DNA of 35,264 nucleotides from a virus. A program made the position numbers and the translations under genes. Location of the stretch: positions 1 to 35,264 of the IMG/VR virus record IMGVR_UViG_3300009702_000012; one strand, 5' to 3'. This document shows, piece after piece, positions 13,698 to 22,977 of this stretch; position 1 is the first letter of the stretch; each line of letters opens with the position of its first letter. Under the pieces are notes generated by a model. The model worked only from the letters and a program-made list of their open reading frames with translations. It did no database searches and had not been told where the DNA came from.

Positions 13698-14365
13698 GTA
13701 AGGAAGAAGATTTTTTTGAGAGTCTCGACGACGGTCGTCTCGACGACGGTCTCCAAGAGGGAGACAGCGCCGATGACGGCGCATCCGAAACTCTCGAAGA
13801 CGACGAATTCCTCGAAGACAGTCATCAAGATGACGAAGAGCCCGAAGCTCCTGTGGCCCAAGACCCGGAGCCGGTGGCTAAATCTCCAAAAGAGGACGGT
13901 CCTCCAGCGGAGAGTGCGCGAAACGCCCTGGCCGCATTCGAAGATAATGATTATCCCTTCACTGGCGCTAAGCAAAGCCGCCTCTCGAGGGAAGAAATTG
14001 AAAAGCGCCAAGGGGACTTCGCAGAAGCGTTTCTGGCTAATCCACACGGAGCCATCATCGAACTAATTGGCCCTACGCTAGAACGCTACCTCGATGAGAG
14101 AGATACTTATCGCCAGTCCGCAACCGAAATGAAGACAGATGAAGAGTTTCTATCTGCTCACCAATCAGAAATGAAGAAATTGGAGAGTAAGGGCTATTCT
14201 CAGCTGGAAGCATACGGCATTTTGCGGGAATTAGCGCCGAAACCTAAACGGCGCCAGCACAGAGGTAAAAGAGCGGGTTCTCATACCCGTAAACCCGAAA
14301 AACTGTCCGCTAGCGATTTCCTCAAGGAAGAATTGGAGAAAGAGATGAAGCGGTCAGGAAGGTAA
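13694..14365 (+). CDS. Putative scaffolding protein (223 aa)
   Basis: Lies immediately upstream of the capsid gene. Very acidic N-terminal half and a basic C-terminal tail (KPKRRQHRGKRAGSHTRK). Confidence 0.5.
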   Translation: MSKEEDFFESLDDGRLDDGLQEGDSADDGASETLEDDEFLEDSHQDDEEPEAPVAQDPEPVAKSPKEDGPPAESARNALAAFEDNDYPFTGAKQSRLSREEIEKRQGDFAEAFLANPHGAIIELIGPTLERYLDERDTYRQSATEMKTDEEFLSAHQSEMKKLESKGYSQLEAYGILRELAPKPKRRQHRGKRAGSHTRKPEKLSASDFLKEELEKEMKRSGR

Positions 14366-14368
14366 AAA

Positions 14369-15409
14369 ATGTCTACCACAGTTAGAGTAGACCGTGTTGC
14401 CGAAAAGTTCCTAAATCTCTTTGTCGAGGACTTTTTGACCCAGATTAATCCTCTGTGGAAAAAAATTCTTCAAAGTGGCAAGGAAATTGGGACAGGTTCT
14501 CACACTTATAGATGGCCCGTCCGCGCACTTCGCAGTGCCTCAAAGGTCATCAACGTAGGCGAGACCCTAGACTTCCAAGCAACCGACATCTACCGTACTT
14601 TGGAGTTGGAATATAAGAACTTCGTCACCACCGAACTTCTGTATGATATCGAGCGTGAGCAGGCTCACGGCAAGTTCGTAGTCAACGTGGCTCAGCGTTT
14701 CGTTGAGCAGTTGCGCGATACTCTCGCCGCAGGTCTCTCCGCCCAAGCATACGCAGATGGTGATAGTGGCGCCGCATTAGATGGCGCACGGTCCTGGACC
14801 AGTTATTCTGACAGTCTGGGAAGTGCTACGGCTCTTATGGTTAATAATGATACTTACGGCGGGCAATCCACAGCCGCAACCAGTATCACTTCTGATACCA
14901 CAGCCGATGGCTACCGTCTCTTATCCCCCAACTTAATTGATGCTACCAGCACCGAATTCACCGGAAGCACTTGGTTAGCAAACGCCCGTGAAGCAGTCCG
15001 CAAGTCAATCTTGCTAGCAGTCGAACGTGGCGGAATGAAGAAAGACCTTTGCGTATTTATGAATACCAATGATTACAGCCTATTCCTGGATAACGTCGAA
15101 ACCGACACCCAACTACATTATGTGGTCAACGGTGCCAAGGTTCAGTCCCACGAACTCGGCTTTAATATGGTCTATTTTGATGGCGTCCCTGTTTATCAGG
15201 ACCATTATTGCCCAGCAAAGCGGGCCTTCATCCTAAACTTCTCGAAGCGCGGCGGAATGGGAGTTATCTCCCCCCGCAACGGCGATTTTATTACCGTAGA
15301 GCAGGATAAGGACATCGATGTCCTTGCTGAAAAATATGTAGTGCGCGCAAATATGAACTTCATTTTCCGCATTCCATCTCTACACGGCGCAATCATCACA
15401 GGAGCATAA
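14369..15409 (+). CDS. Major capsid protein, T7 gp10-like (346 aa)
   Basis: Position after the scaffold-like gene, and a size near T7 gp10A. From memory, the segments EKFLNLFVEDFL and ELLYDIEREQAHGKFVVNVAQRFVEQLRDTLA resemble T7 DKLALFLKVFGGEVL and DVLIYDIEDAMNHYDVRSEYTSQLGESLA. Confidence 0.7.
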   Translation: MSTTVRVDRVAEKFLNLFVEDFLTQINPLWKKILQSGKEIGTGSHTYRWPVRALRSASKVINVGETLDFQATDIYRTLELEYKNFVTTELLYDIEREQAHGKFVVNVAQRFVEQLRDTLAAGLSAQAYADGDSGAALDGARSWTSYSDSLGSATALMVNNDTYGGQSTAATSITSDTTADGYRLLSPNLIDATSTEFTGSTWLANAREAVRKSILLAVERGGMKKDLCVFMNTNDYSLFLDNVETDTQLHYVVNGAKVQSHELGFNMVYFDGVPVYQDHYCPAKRAFILNFSKRGGMGVISPRNGDFITVEQDKDIDVLAEKYVVRANMNFIFRIPSLHGAIITGA

Positions 15410-15410
15410 A

Positions 15411-15929
15411 ATGTTAAACGCTTTTAGTTTCCAAGTTGGTGATGTAATGGCCACCGGCGTAGCCGGTTCTGGTCTTGGCGCCCGCTTTGGCCAGGTTCGT
15501 CTCGATGACGATGGCCGTTTCATCAAACTCTGCCTGAACGGCGAAGGAACCATTCTTCACGGGCAAGCAGTAGTAGTTAAAGACGCTATTGCTGCCGAAA
15601 GTCCTGGAACCGTTACCGCGGCTTCCGCGGCTTCTGGAATTCAGCAAGTAATCGTTGGCGTTGCTGACCTTTCAATTGCTGGCTCTGCCGCAGTTGGGGA
15701 AGGCTTTTACGCCGTAGTTGCCGGCGAAGCAACATTCAAGACACGCGATACTACTATCGTTGTCGGCGATGCTGTAACCGTCGATGCCTCTGGCTTTGCT
15801 GCCGAAGCAGATGCCGTTGGCGATAATGCTAACTATGTTATAGTAGGTAAGGCCCTTTCGGCCAATGCCGCCTATGCCACTAATACAGCCGCTTCGGGCT
15901 TAACCGTCCACATTAACGGCCTATTATAG
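15411..15929 (+). CDS. Putative head decoration / cement protein (Ala/Gly/Val-rich, DUF2190-like pattern)
   Basis: Lies directly after the capsid gene with a GGAG SD. Has G..V.......GVA....G....V..G......IVVGDAVTVD.SG.....IVGKAL periodicity. Confidence 0.45.
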   Translation: MLNAFSFQVGDVMATGVAGSGLGARFGQVRLDDDGRFIKLCLNGEGTILHGQAVVVKDAIAAESPGTVTAASAASGIQQVIVGVADLSIAGSAAVGEGFYAVVAGEATFKTRDTTIVVGDAVTVDASGFAAEADAVGDNANYVIVGKALSANAAYATNTAASGLTVHINGLL

Positions 15930-15938
15930 AAAGCAATA

Positions 15939-15967
15939 GAGAGCCTCAGGATTTTCCTGGGGCTCTC
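15939..15967 (+). terminator. Stem-loop after the capsid/decoration genes (12-bp stem, ATTTT loop)
   Basis: GAGAGCCTCAGG-ATTTT-CCTGGGGCTCTC with one U-G pair. No U-tract follows, so it may be an attenuator or stabiliser rather than a full terminator. Confidence 0.4.
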
Positions 15968-15976
15968 CCCCTATCT

Positions 15977-16330
15977 ATGCTAACACCACGAGACACCCAT
16001 TATTTAGTCGGCGCCACAGAAGAACAGCGTAAAGAATACTTGCGCCTGCGTTCCAAAGGTGCGTCAGAAAACTGGGCGTCTATGATGGCCTTTCGAAGTT
16101 GCCCTACTGTGCGTGTTCAGCACGATTTTTATGATACCGCTCTTGGATGTATGGTTTCTGGGAAAAATGACCAGGAAAAACGCGTAAAAGAACTGCGCGC
16201 CCGTGGTTATGATGTATTGCCTAAAAGGGAAGGTATTGAAGCCGCCCGAGCAAAAGAAAAGCCCAAGATAACCAATAAGCATACCGAAGAGTTGAAACGT
16301 ATTATTAAGGAAGAAACCTATGGCGAGTAG
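15977..16330 (+). CDS. Hypothetical protein (117 aa)
   Basis: ORF between the hairpin and the portal-like gene. No motif recognised. Confidence 0.6.
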   Translation: MLTPRDTHYLVGATEEQRKEYLRLRSKGASENWASMMAFRSCPTVRVQHDFYDTALGCMVSGKNDQEKRVKELRARGYDVLPKREGIEAARAKEKPKITNKHTEELKRIIKEETYGE

Positions 16331-18149
16331 AAACACGCGGCGCCGCATAGCAAAGTTTTATAGTAGCATAGCGGCCAGATGGGACAGTGTTTTATCATAT
16401 ACCGAAAAACACGAGAATTATCGACGGTGGATAGAAGACGCCGAAGAGTGCTATGGTTTTTATCACGGAGTAGATGATGATAACCCAGGCAGATTTTTTG
16501 GCGTAGGATTGCGCGACGAACCAGAGATGATACGCACCAACCCGTTCAAAGTAACAGTTAATAAAGTATCGGAGTTTGCGCGCATCGTCGAGCCAGAACT
16601 GTATAACCGAGACCCGGTTGCTACGGTGTTGCCGCGCCGAACATCCCCAGCGGGCGCAGACCAACTATCCGAAATCCTGGAAGATGTCCTTTCCTACTAT
16701 ATGGAAATGATGGATACTTTCGCAGAGCGGCGAGCGGCAATTAAAGATGCGCTAATAACTGGAAGGGGCATAATCCATAATAAGCTGCTAAAATCTCCAT
16801 TTATGCCTATTGAAGAACACGTCTCCTATAAAGACTTTATGTGCGACCCAGATGCGCGCCACTACAGAAACATTACTTGGATGGCCCGCAAACATCAAAC
16901 GCCAAAAGTAGAACTTATCAAAATGTTCGGGAATAAAGCCGACCGTTTCTTCTCCAATAAATATACGCCGAATGAGCTTATTGAATGGTATGAGATTTAT
17001 GTTAAAGGCGGCATCTATGCTGGCCTAAATAATGAAGATACTGACATTGAGTTAGTCGAAAAGTTTGAGGATAAGTTTGGCACCAATGTAAAGATTTCTC
17101 TTATCCGCGCGCCAACCGCCGAAAGAAATAACGTCGATTATAATGAACACGTTTCCAAGATTGGCCCATACATCTTAGATATTGGGGATTGGGACATTCC
17201 ATTTTATGAGAATGTCGAGCAGCGCAACGCGTGGCCATTTACGCTCATTGACCTATATCCCAAGACGGTCACTGTCTATCCTATGTCGCCCATCAAACCG
17301 GCTCTTCCAGAACAGCGAGCCATCAACTGGGCGTTTATCTTCCTCCTAAATGCTATGCTAAACACTTCGCGTGGTATTATTCAACTACATCCAGACGTTG
17401 AAGAAGAAGATATTGAGCGTATCAAGAACTCAATGAATTTCTCTATCATTGCGGGAAATGAAGCGTTCCAAGAAAGTTTCAAGAAACTATCGCTTAAACA
17501 GGATAACTCTTCTCTTTGGAATGAGTTTTTTATGATAAGTAATATGTTTGATATGCGCGTTGGCCTAACAGATATGCGAAGTGCCATTTCTGGTGCCGAA
17601 GCACGTAGCGCCACAGCCACTCAATCCAAAGAACGCATCGCCAATAAAACTGTTGACGCTTTCTTTTCCGTAGTTACGCGCGCTTTCACCGAAACCACGC
17701 GCAAACTGGCGTTTACGCTTCGCACGCTTTCTTCGACCAAAGACATTGAAAGCATAGTTGGCCCTGAAGAAGCAATGTTTTGGGAAGAGTATCATTCTTA
17801 TTATAATGAGAACCCCATCTATGATTTAGATGTAACCATCTGGGCTGATGGAATGAGACGGCCAAATAGGAGCCAAATGGCACAGGAGAGTTTCACGCTA
17901 TTCGAGACTGCTGCGCAGATTGGCGGCCAACTCCAAGATATAGACATCATCAACCATTATTGGGCTAACCTACATAAGAAACTTGGGATACCACCTAATG
18001 AGTTAAGGCTGTTTGCTTTACCACCGCAGCCTGCTCCACAGGAGATGCCTCCACAGGAGGCGGCACCCGCTCAGGATGACGCAGAAGCCCGCGCCGCAGA
18101 TATTATCAGCCAACTACCACAGGATGTTCAGGTGACCACAGATGAGTAG
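16320..18149 (+). CDS. Putative portal protein (609 aa)
   Basis: Size is right. The N-terminal ...ECYGFYHG segment resembles portal ..fy.G motifs. The C-terminal tail is Pro/Gln/acidic (PPQPAPQEMPPQEAAPAQDDAEARA). Lies in the head-gene neighbourhood. Confidence 0.55.
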   Translation: MASRNTRRRIAKFYSSIAARWDSVLSYTEKHENYRRWIEDAEECYGFYHGVDDDNPGRFFGVGLRDEPEMIRTNPFKVTVNKVSEFARIVEPELYNRDPVATVLPRRTSPAGADQLSEILEDVLSYYMEMMDTFAERRAAIKDALITGRGIIHNKLLKSPFMPIEEHVSYKDFMCDPDARHYRNITWMARKHQTPKVELIKMFGNKADRFFSNKYTPNELIEWYEIYVKGGIYAGLNNEDTDIELVEKFEDKFGTNVKISLIRAPTAERNNVDYNEHVSKIGPYILDIGDWDIPFYENVEQRNAWPFTLIDLYPKTVTVYPMSPIKPALPEQRAINWAFIFLLNAMLNTSRGIIQLHPDVEEEDIERIKNSMNFSIIAGNEAFQESFKKLSLKQDNSSLWNEFFMISNMFDMRVGLTDMRSAISGAEARSATATQSKERIANKTVDAFFSVVTRAFTETTRKLAFTLRTLSSTKDIESIVGPEEAMFWEEYHSYYNENPIYDLDVTIWADGMRRPNRSQMAQESFTLFETAAQIGGQLQDIDIINHYWANLHKKLGIPPNELRLFALPPQPAPQEMPPQEAAPAQDDAEARAADIISQLPQDVQVTTDE

Positions 18150-19104
18150 ATATAACACGCATACGCTCGCAGATGTCCGCCAGTATGTCTATGATGAAGT
18201 TTTAGGTGGCCGCAGCGACACCAAAGCACAGAACATCGCAGATAGGATTATTGAAGAAGCTCATTATGAAATTGCGAGTTTTAGAAACTGGCACTTCTAT
18301 AATACCACTAATCGCTCTACACTTAACCGCGCCATTACTTCTGGTATCGCAAACGCAACCGCAGCCTATACCAGCGGTAGCACCACAGTTCAATTAAGCA
18401 CAGGTGTTACGGAGTTATCCGGCGTTAATCTCTCTGGGCAGTTTTTCCAGAGTGATGCCGACGATACATTATACACCATCCAAAGCCACGGTGTTTCCGG
18501 TGGAGGCGTAACCATAACACTCGAAAGCGAGTATCCCTACGTTGGTTCGACTTCTGCCGCAAGTGGCTTTACCATCTATCAAACGGTGATTGAACTTCCT
18601 AATGATATGGACACTATGATGTTGCCTTGGGAAGATAACTTCCAATCTCCATTACAGCACATTTCTTATCCAGAGATGCTGGGACATCAACGCACCTATG
18701 GCGTTTATTTAGGCGGCCCATTCTTTTATAGTCTTGGACCAAATCCAGTGACGCATAAAGAGAGTATTCATATTTGGCCGGCACCTACTATTCAGCAAAC
18801 GATAGACATTGCTTATTACAGATTACCTACCATCCCTACTGTCTCCACAGATGTAATTGACTTCCCAGACGAGCATATTGGAGTTCTTTGGAAGGCATTA
18901 GACTGGCTTGGAGCGCGATATATCAAACTTGGCGAAAATCCCCAAGAGCGAGCGGTTCTCACCAATCAACGCTATGGCCTATTTATAGCGTCCCTAAAAC
19001 GCTGGGCCAGAAAAGATAAAAGAACCACAGATTTAGGTTATGTGGGACAGGCAGGCTCCACGTCAAAGTTCGTGGATATTAGATTAGCACCGGTGAATGT
19101 ATAA
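18142..19104 (+). CDS. Virion structural protein, possible adaptor / tail tubular A analogue (320 aa)
   Basis: Called on position only (between the portal-like and nozzle-like genes). Overlaps the portal gene stop. Confidence 0.35.
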   Translation: MSRYNTHTLADVRQYVYDEVLGGRSDTKAQNIADRIIEEAHYEIASFRNWHFYNTTNRSTLNRAITSGIANATAAYTSGSTTVQLSTGVTELSGVNLSGQFFQSDADDTLYTIQSHGVSGGGVTITLESEYPYVGSTSAASGFTIYQTVIELPNDMDTMMLPWEDNFQSPLQHISYPEMLGHQRTYGVYLGGPFFYSLGPNPVTHKESIHIWPAPTIQQTIDIAYYRLPTIPTVSTDVIDFPDEHIGVLWKALDWLGARYIKLGENPQERAVLTNQRYGLFIASLKRWARKDKRTTDLGYVGQAGSTSKFVDIRLAPVNV

Positions 19105-19391
19105 TGAAAAATAATTTTCAAGGTATGGACGCGGGCGCAGCACCGAATAGTCTTGAGCCAGGCTTCTTTCAAGAAATGGTGAATGTTGATGTTTATGTCC
19201 GTAATGTATTGCGGCCAAGATTAGGCTTTCATCGCTGCTTGCCGCTTGATAATAGTGGCGCGCTTTCTACATTAAAGCCCACCGGCTACATCGCATCAAT
19301 GTCGCCACTACGCTATGCTGGAAATGTCGGCCATCTAATCATTGATAGTAGCGGCAACATTAGGTTTTTTACTTCCCCAGGACTTGAATAA
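19104..19391 (+). CDS. Hypothetical structural-module protein (95 aa)
   Basis: TAATG overlaps on both sides. Confidence 0.5.
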   Translation: MKNNFQGMDAGAAPNSLEPGFFQEMVNVDVYVRNVLRPRLGFHRCLPLDNSGALSTLKPTGYIASMSPLRYAGNVGHLIIDSSGNIRFFTSPGLE

Positions 19392-21472
19392 TGAGTTCCA
19401 AGTTTACCCAAACCACTTACAGCCCAACTTCTATTCGGCCCACTATTGCTGAATTTGAAGAGAGTGCCTATATCGCCAATGACCGCGATAAACTGAAAGT
19501 GGTCTATGGATATAATATTTACAGGGCTTATGATGCTGGCATTGCTGATCCTGATACATTTTCGGTGGTAATCGCTGGTGGTGGTAGTTCTGCTATTCTT
19601 GGCGTTTATTATTTGCGCTATCGGTATAAAAATTCGCACACCGGCTATGTTAGCAATGCTTCAAGCGAAGAAAAGTTAGAAGTTACTGGCGCAGGCAATA
19701 AGTTACAGTGGAAAGTAACGCTATCATCAGACACCAAAGTAGACGGCATTCTATTAGAGGTTCTTATTCCTGGTTCTACCACTTGGCGACTGGTTGATGA
19801 AGTAGCCAACGCCACCGACAGTACTACCTTAAAATATGAACCTACCAGCACATTTTCAATTCCAATCACAGAATATCTAACAGAAGATACGCCCAATTCA
19901 ACGTTCCACTATGAGCCACCTGTATTTCAAAACGTGGTTTCTCACCGCGGGCGTTTATTTGGCTGTGGCGCCGTAGTCGAAAGCGGCGGAACAGCAGCTG
20001 TTGGAGGTGATGTTATGGTTAGTGGTTTTGGAACCGAGTGGACTTCCACCTATGCCCAGAGTGGCCGTCTTCTAATGTTTCCTACTATTAATGCGCGCAA
20101 CTTCATTAAGAGCGTAGATAGCCCAACTGATATTACGCTTGAAGATGCGGCAGCCATAACCACATCTGGCAACTATACCATATCTTCTATTAACCCAAAT
20201 GTTCTGTATTGGTCTAATGCTTTACTTCCTGAAAGCTGGGACACCATCAATAACTTCACCAATGTTCTTTTGAAGACCGACGACAGCCCAGTGGGAATGG
20301 AAAGTTATTATGATAATCTTCTCATATTTGGCTCTCACTCAACAGAGACATTGCTTTATACCGAAGACCCAACTACCGAAGGTAAAGTTTCGTCGGTTTC
20401 CGACAAGCGTGGTGCGGTCAATCAGGAATGCGTAGTTCGCGTAGATAATATCATTTACACGCTGGACCGTCACGGAATATGGATGTTTCGCGGTGGACAG
20501 GCCGAACACATATCTTACGCCATAGATGAGATTTTAGATGGTGTGGCTGACGGCTGGGATGGTGTTTATTGGACTGGCGCCGCTAATAGTTTTCACGGCC
20601 AGTATTACCCAAATAGGAGAGAAGTTATCTGGTGGCTGGACCTGCGCCGCACAGGAGAAAGCACCGCGGGCAACTATCGCAGCATTCATTACCATATTGA
20701 TAACCACACATTTACGCTGGGCCACTATGGTCTTGATATCAAATCTTCAATGTCTGCGCCAGACCAAAACTTGGTATTGCGGCCAGTAATCGCCAATGCT
20801 AATGGGGATTGGTTCTATTATGGAGTGGGAACATCAGAAGGCGCGCATCCTGACAGCGCAACATCGGGCTACGTTTCTTCAACTGGTCCCGCAACCACAC
20901 ACTTTAACTTTGCGAGCGGAGATGGCTCGCTCTATACATCGCGCGAAACTTTGGCTGGTGTGCCGTTCGTCATTGATGGATTTGCCAGTGGCATTATCCA
21001 AACAGTGGCAGGCACACTTATCACACCCGTAGATACACTTCCAAGTCCACCTACACCAGGAGATGTGGTTTTTATTGGCCCTATTGAAACATCGGTCACT
21101 ACTCCTGAAATTTCCATAAATGGCCCAGAGAAAGATAATCAATTTATCTGGTTCGAAATTATCCACACGCCTAATACGGTAGGAAGTATACGCGTCCAAT
21201 TTTTCGGCAACTATTCTGCGGCACCTGTCGAGATTACCACTGATAGCGCGACATTTAATGCTAATAACTATAACCTATCAATAGACAGCGCCGATTTAAG
21301 CACGGTCATCTGTAAGATTGATAGCACCACCAAAGGATATATTCGCATTCCTATTATGACGAACTATTATAATGTTATGAGTGCGAAGATTACCGCCATT
21401 GACCCAGGAGCAAATTTCCGCATTAATGCTTTTAGGTTCGTCGGTTCATCGAGTGAAGTGAAAGTAGCCTAA
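19391..21472 (+). CDS. Large virion protein, possible tail tubular B / nozzle analogue (693 aa)
   Basis: Called on position and size. Has a beta-rich segment (LLIFGSHSTETLLY...IIYTLDRHGIWMFRGG). Confidence 0.4.
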   Translation: MSSKFTQTTYSPTSIRPTIAEFEESAYIANDRDKLKVVYGYNIYRAYDAGIADPDTFSVVIAGGGSSAILGVYYLRYRYKNSHTGYVSNASSEEKLEVTGAGNKLQWKVTLSSDTKVDGILLEVLIPGSTTWRLVDEVANATDSTTLKYEPTSTFSIPITEYLTEDTPNSTFHYEPPVFQNVVSHRGRLFGCGAVVESGGTAAVGGDVMVSGFGTEWTSTYAQSGRLLMFPTINARNFIKSVDSPTDITLEDAAAITTSGNYTISSINPNVLYWSNALLPESWDTINNFTNVLLKTDDSPVGMESYYDNLLIFGSHSTETLLYTEDPTTEGKVSSVSDKRGAVNQECVVRVDNIIYTLDRHGIWMFRGGQAEHISYAIDEILDGVADGWDGVYWTGAANSFHGQYYPNRREVIWWLDLRRTGESTAGNYRSIHYHIDNHTFTLGHYGLDIKSSMSAPDQNLVLRPVIANANGDWFYYGVGTSEGAHPDSATSGYVSSTGPATTHFNFASGDGSLYTSRETLAGVPFVIDGFASGIIQTVAGTLITPVDTLPSPPTPGDVVFIGPIETSVTTPEISINGPEKDNQFIWFEIIHTPNTVGSIRVQFFGNYSAAPVEITTDSATFNANNYNLSIDSADLSTVICKIDSTTKGYIRIPIMTNYYNVMSAKITAIDPGANFRINAFRFVGSSSEVKVA

Positions 21473-22050
21473 TGGTCACCCAAAAGAATAACCCCATCAT
21501 AAATGTAGATGGCGTTCCTGAGGCTAATCCACAGGACGCAGATATTCTTTATCGAAAGCAGAATATCAAGAAAACGCAGATGGGCGATATCTCGGAAGAT
21601 TTAAGAACTGGGGATGAGCGTATCGCCGCTGAAACTTGGTGGGGAGGCCCCGAACTTTTCGCCATTAGTGGCGGAACTAATAGTAATACGGCAGCAATGG
21701 GAGAAGCCAGTGGAACGCTCGCCATCCCTGTTATTTTTGACGCCACACTTAATGATATTTATATTATGACGGATGTTGCGCCTGACAGTGGTTCTACTTC
21801 TACCATCTATAACATATTTAACGCTGATTATAAGGGACCAAATCAAAATAGATTTATGGCGGTTAGTGATAACAGTATTAAGACTATCGCAACAGATATT
21901 TCCGCCAATACACCGCAGCGTATTCCTGGACCATATAATGTAGGGTTAAAAAAGAATGGCGTTTTAATCTTAAATTATTCAAATACAGGCGGCGGTATTT
22001 CTATCCCAAGTGGGAACTGGAAAATGTGGGCAAATGTTACACCCAAATAA
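21472..22050 (+). CDS. Hypothetical structural-module protein (192 aa)
   Basis: TAATG overlap with the upstream gene. Confidence 0.5.
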   Translation: MVTQKNNPIINVDGVPEANPQDADILYRKQNIKKTQMGDISEDLRTGDERIAAETWWGGPELFAISGGTNSNTAAMGEASGTLAIPVIFDATLNDIYIMTDVAPDSGSTSTIYNIFNADYKGPNQNRFMAVSDNSIKTIATDISANTPQRIPGPYNVGLKKNGVLILNYSNTGGGISIPSGNWKMWANVTPK

Positions 22051-22063
22051 ACGGAGAGTATAA

Positions 22064-22618
22064 ATGGCTTATGCGAGTATAGCCGCGCAACAGGCGGCCA
22101 GATTACCAAGCACCAATATTTCTTTTTTACCTACGGGCAGAAGAAGTGTTTTAAGTAGAGAAAGAAGTAATGCTGCCGAGATTAAGGCGAGAGATGATTA
22201 TCTCCGCTCTTTTTCAACGGCGCTTGAACGTGAGCGTGCGGCTGGTATTACTGGCTTTGAAGATTATCTTCGCAGTCTGCGTGGGGAGGGTAGTCCAAAC
22301 CTAAACTCAGAGTTCGTTAGTTCTCTGGTTTCACAGGCAACTAACCCCATCTATCAAATGTTACGCAGAGGTTTAAGAGATAGTTATTTAAGCGCAGCGG
22401 CCCGTGGAATGAGCCGAAACAGCGGAGCAGTTCAGGGCCGCGCCCGAGAACTTACATCGCAGGCGAATTTAGCCGCAAGCCAGGCTCGCGGACAGGCCAT
22501 TACTAACGCCACCGCACTTCAACTTCCAGCCATTCAATCACTCGCCAATTATCGCGCCACAGTCCCCATCAGTGACCCGCTGGTTAAATACACCCCACAT
22601 AACAGGGGGATAGCATAA
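22064..22618 (+). CDS. Putative internal virion protein (184 aa)
   Basis: Position is analogous to T7 gp13/gp14. Ala/Arg/Ser-rich. Confidence 0.4.
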   Translation: MAYASIAAQQAARLPSTNISFLPTGRRSVLSRERSNAAEIKARDDYLRSFSTALERERAAGITGFEDYLRSLRGEGSPNLNSEFVSSLVSQATNPIYQMLRRGLRDSYLSAAARGMSRNSGAVQGRARELTSQANLAASQARGQAITNATALQLPAIQSLANYRATVPISDPLVKYTPHNRGIA

Positions 22619-22977
22619 TGAGACCGCAACTAACAGCGCCCGTTTTTAATCTTGCCGCCATTGATGCCTACCCATTCTATGAAGCATTATACGGCGTTCA
22701 AGGCTCTCCAATCCACGGCGGTATTGCTGACCCAATACATCGCTTGAGCGTAGGAAGACCAGTTCTTTCTACCAGAGAAGCACTGAAAGAAAACCAGCAA
22801 GGCCTATCAAATATACGCGCAAGAATGCTGGCCAGTTATGCTTTTCCAGGAAAGCAAAAAGAGAAACCATCTAAACAGGAAACACCCAAGAAACCTAAAC
22901 AGTCTAAAATAAGCCCAAATGTGCTGGCGAATTTGGTTGAAAACCTGTATAAATCAATGTTCCCAGGAGTAGCCTAA
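22618..22977 (+). CDS. Putative internal virion protein (119 aa)
   Basis: TAATG coupling on both sides. Lys-rich C-terminal half. Confidence 0.4.
   Translation: MRPQLTAPVFNLAAIDAYPFYEALYGVQGSPIHGGIADPIHRLSVGRPVLSTREALKENQQGLSNIRARMLASYAFPGKQKEKPSKQETPKKPKQSKISPNVLANLVENLYKSMFPGVA

Noticed and set aside
13722-13751. Perfect 15-nt tandem duplication GTCTCGACGACGGTC x2
   Set aside because: It is in-frame within the acidic N-terminus of the scaffold-like protein (LDDGR LDDGL). It is a minor low-complexity expansion with no further structure.
13487-14047. 186-aa minus-strand ORF, and the other long antisense ORFs (698..1105, 25269..25670, 29127..29513, 32985..33386, 33434..33886)
   Set aside because: Each lies fully inside a well-supported + strand gene. 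They have no RBS, and their composition mirrors the sense-strand repeats (for example Pro/Ser/Thr runs opposite Gly-rich fibre codons). They are shadow ORFs.
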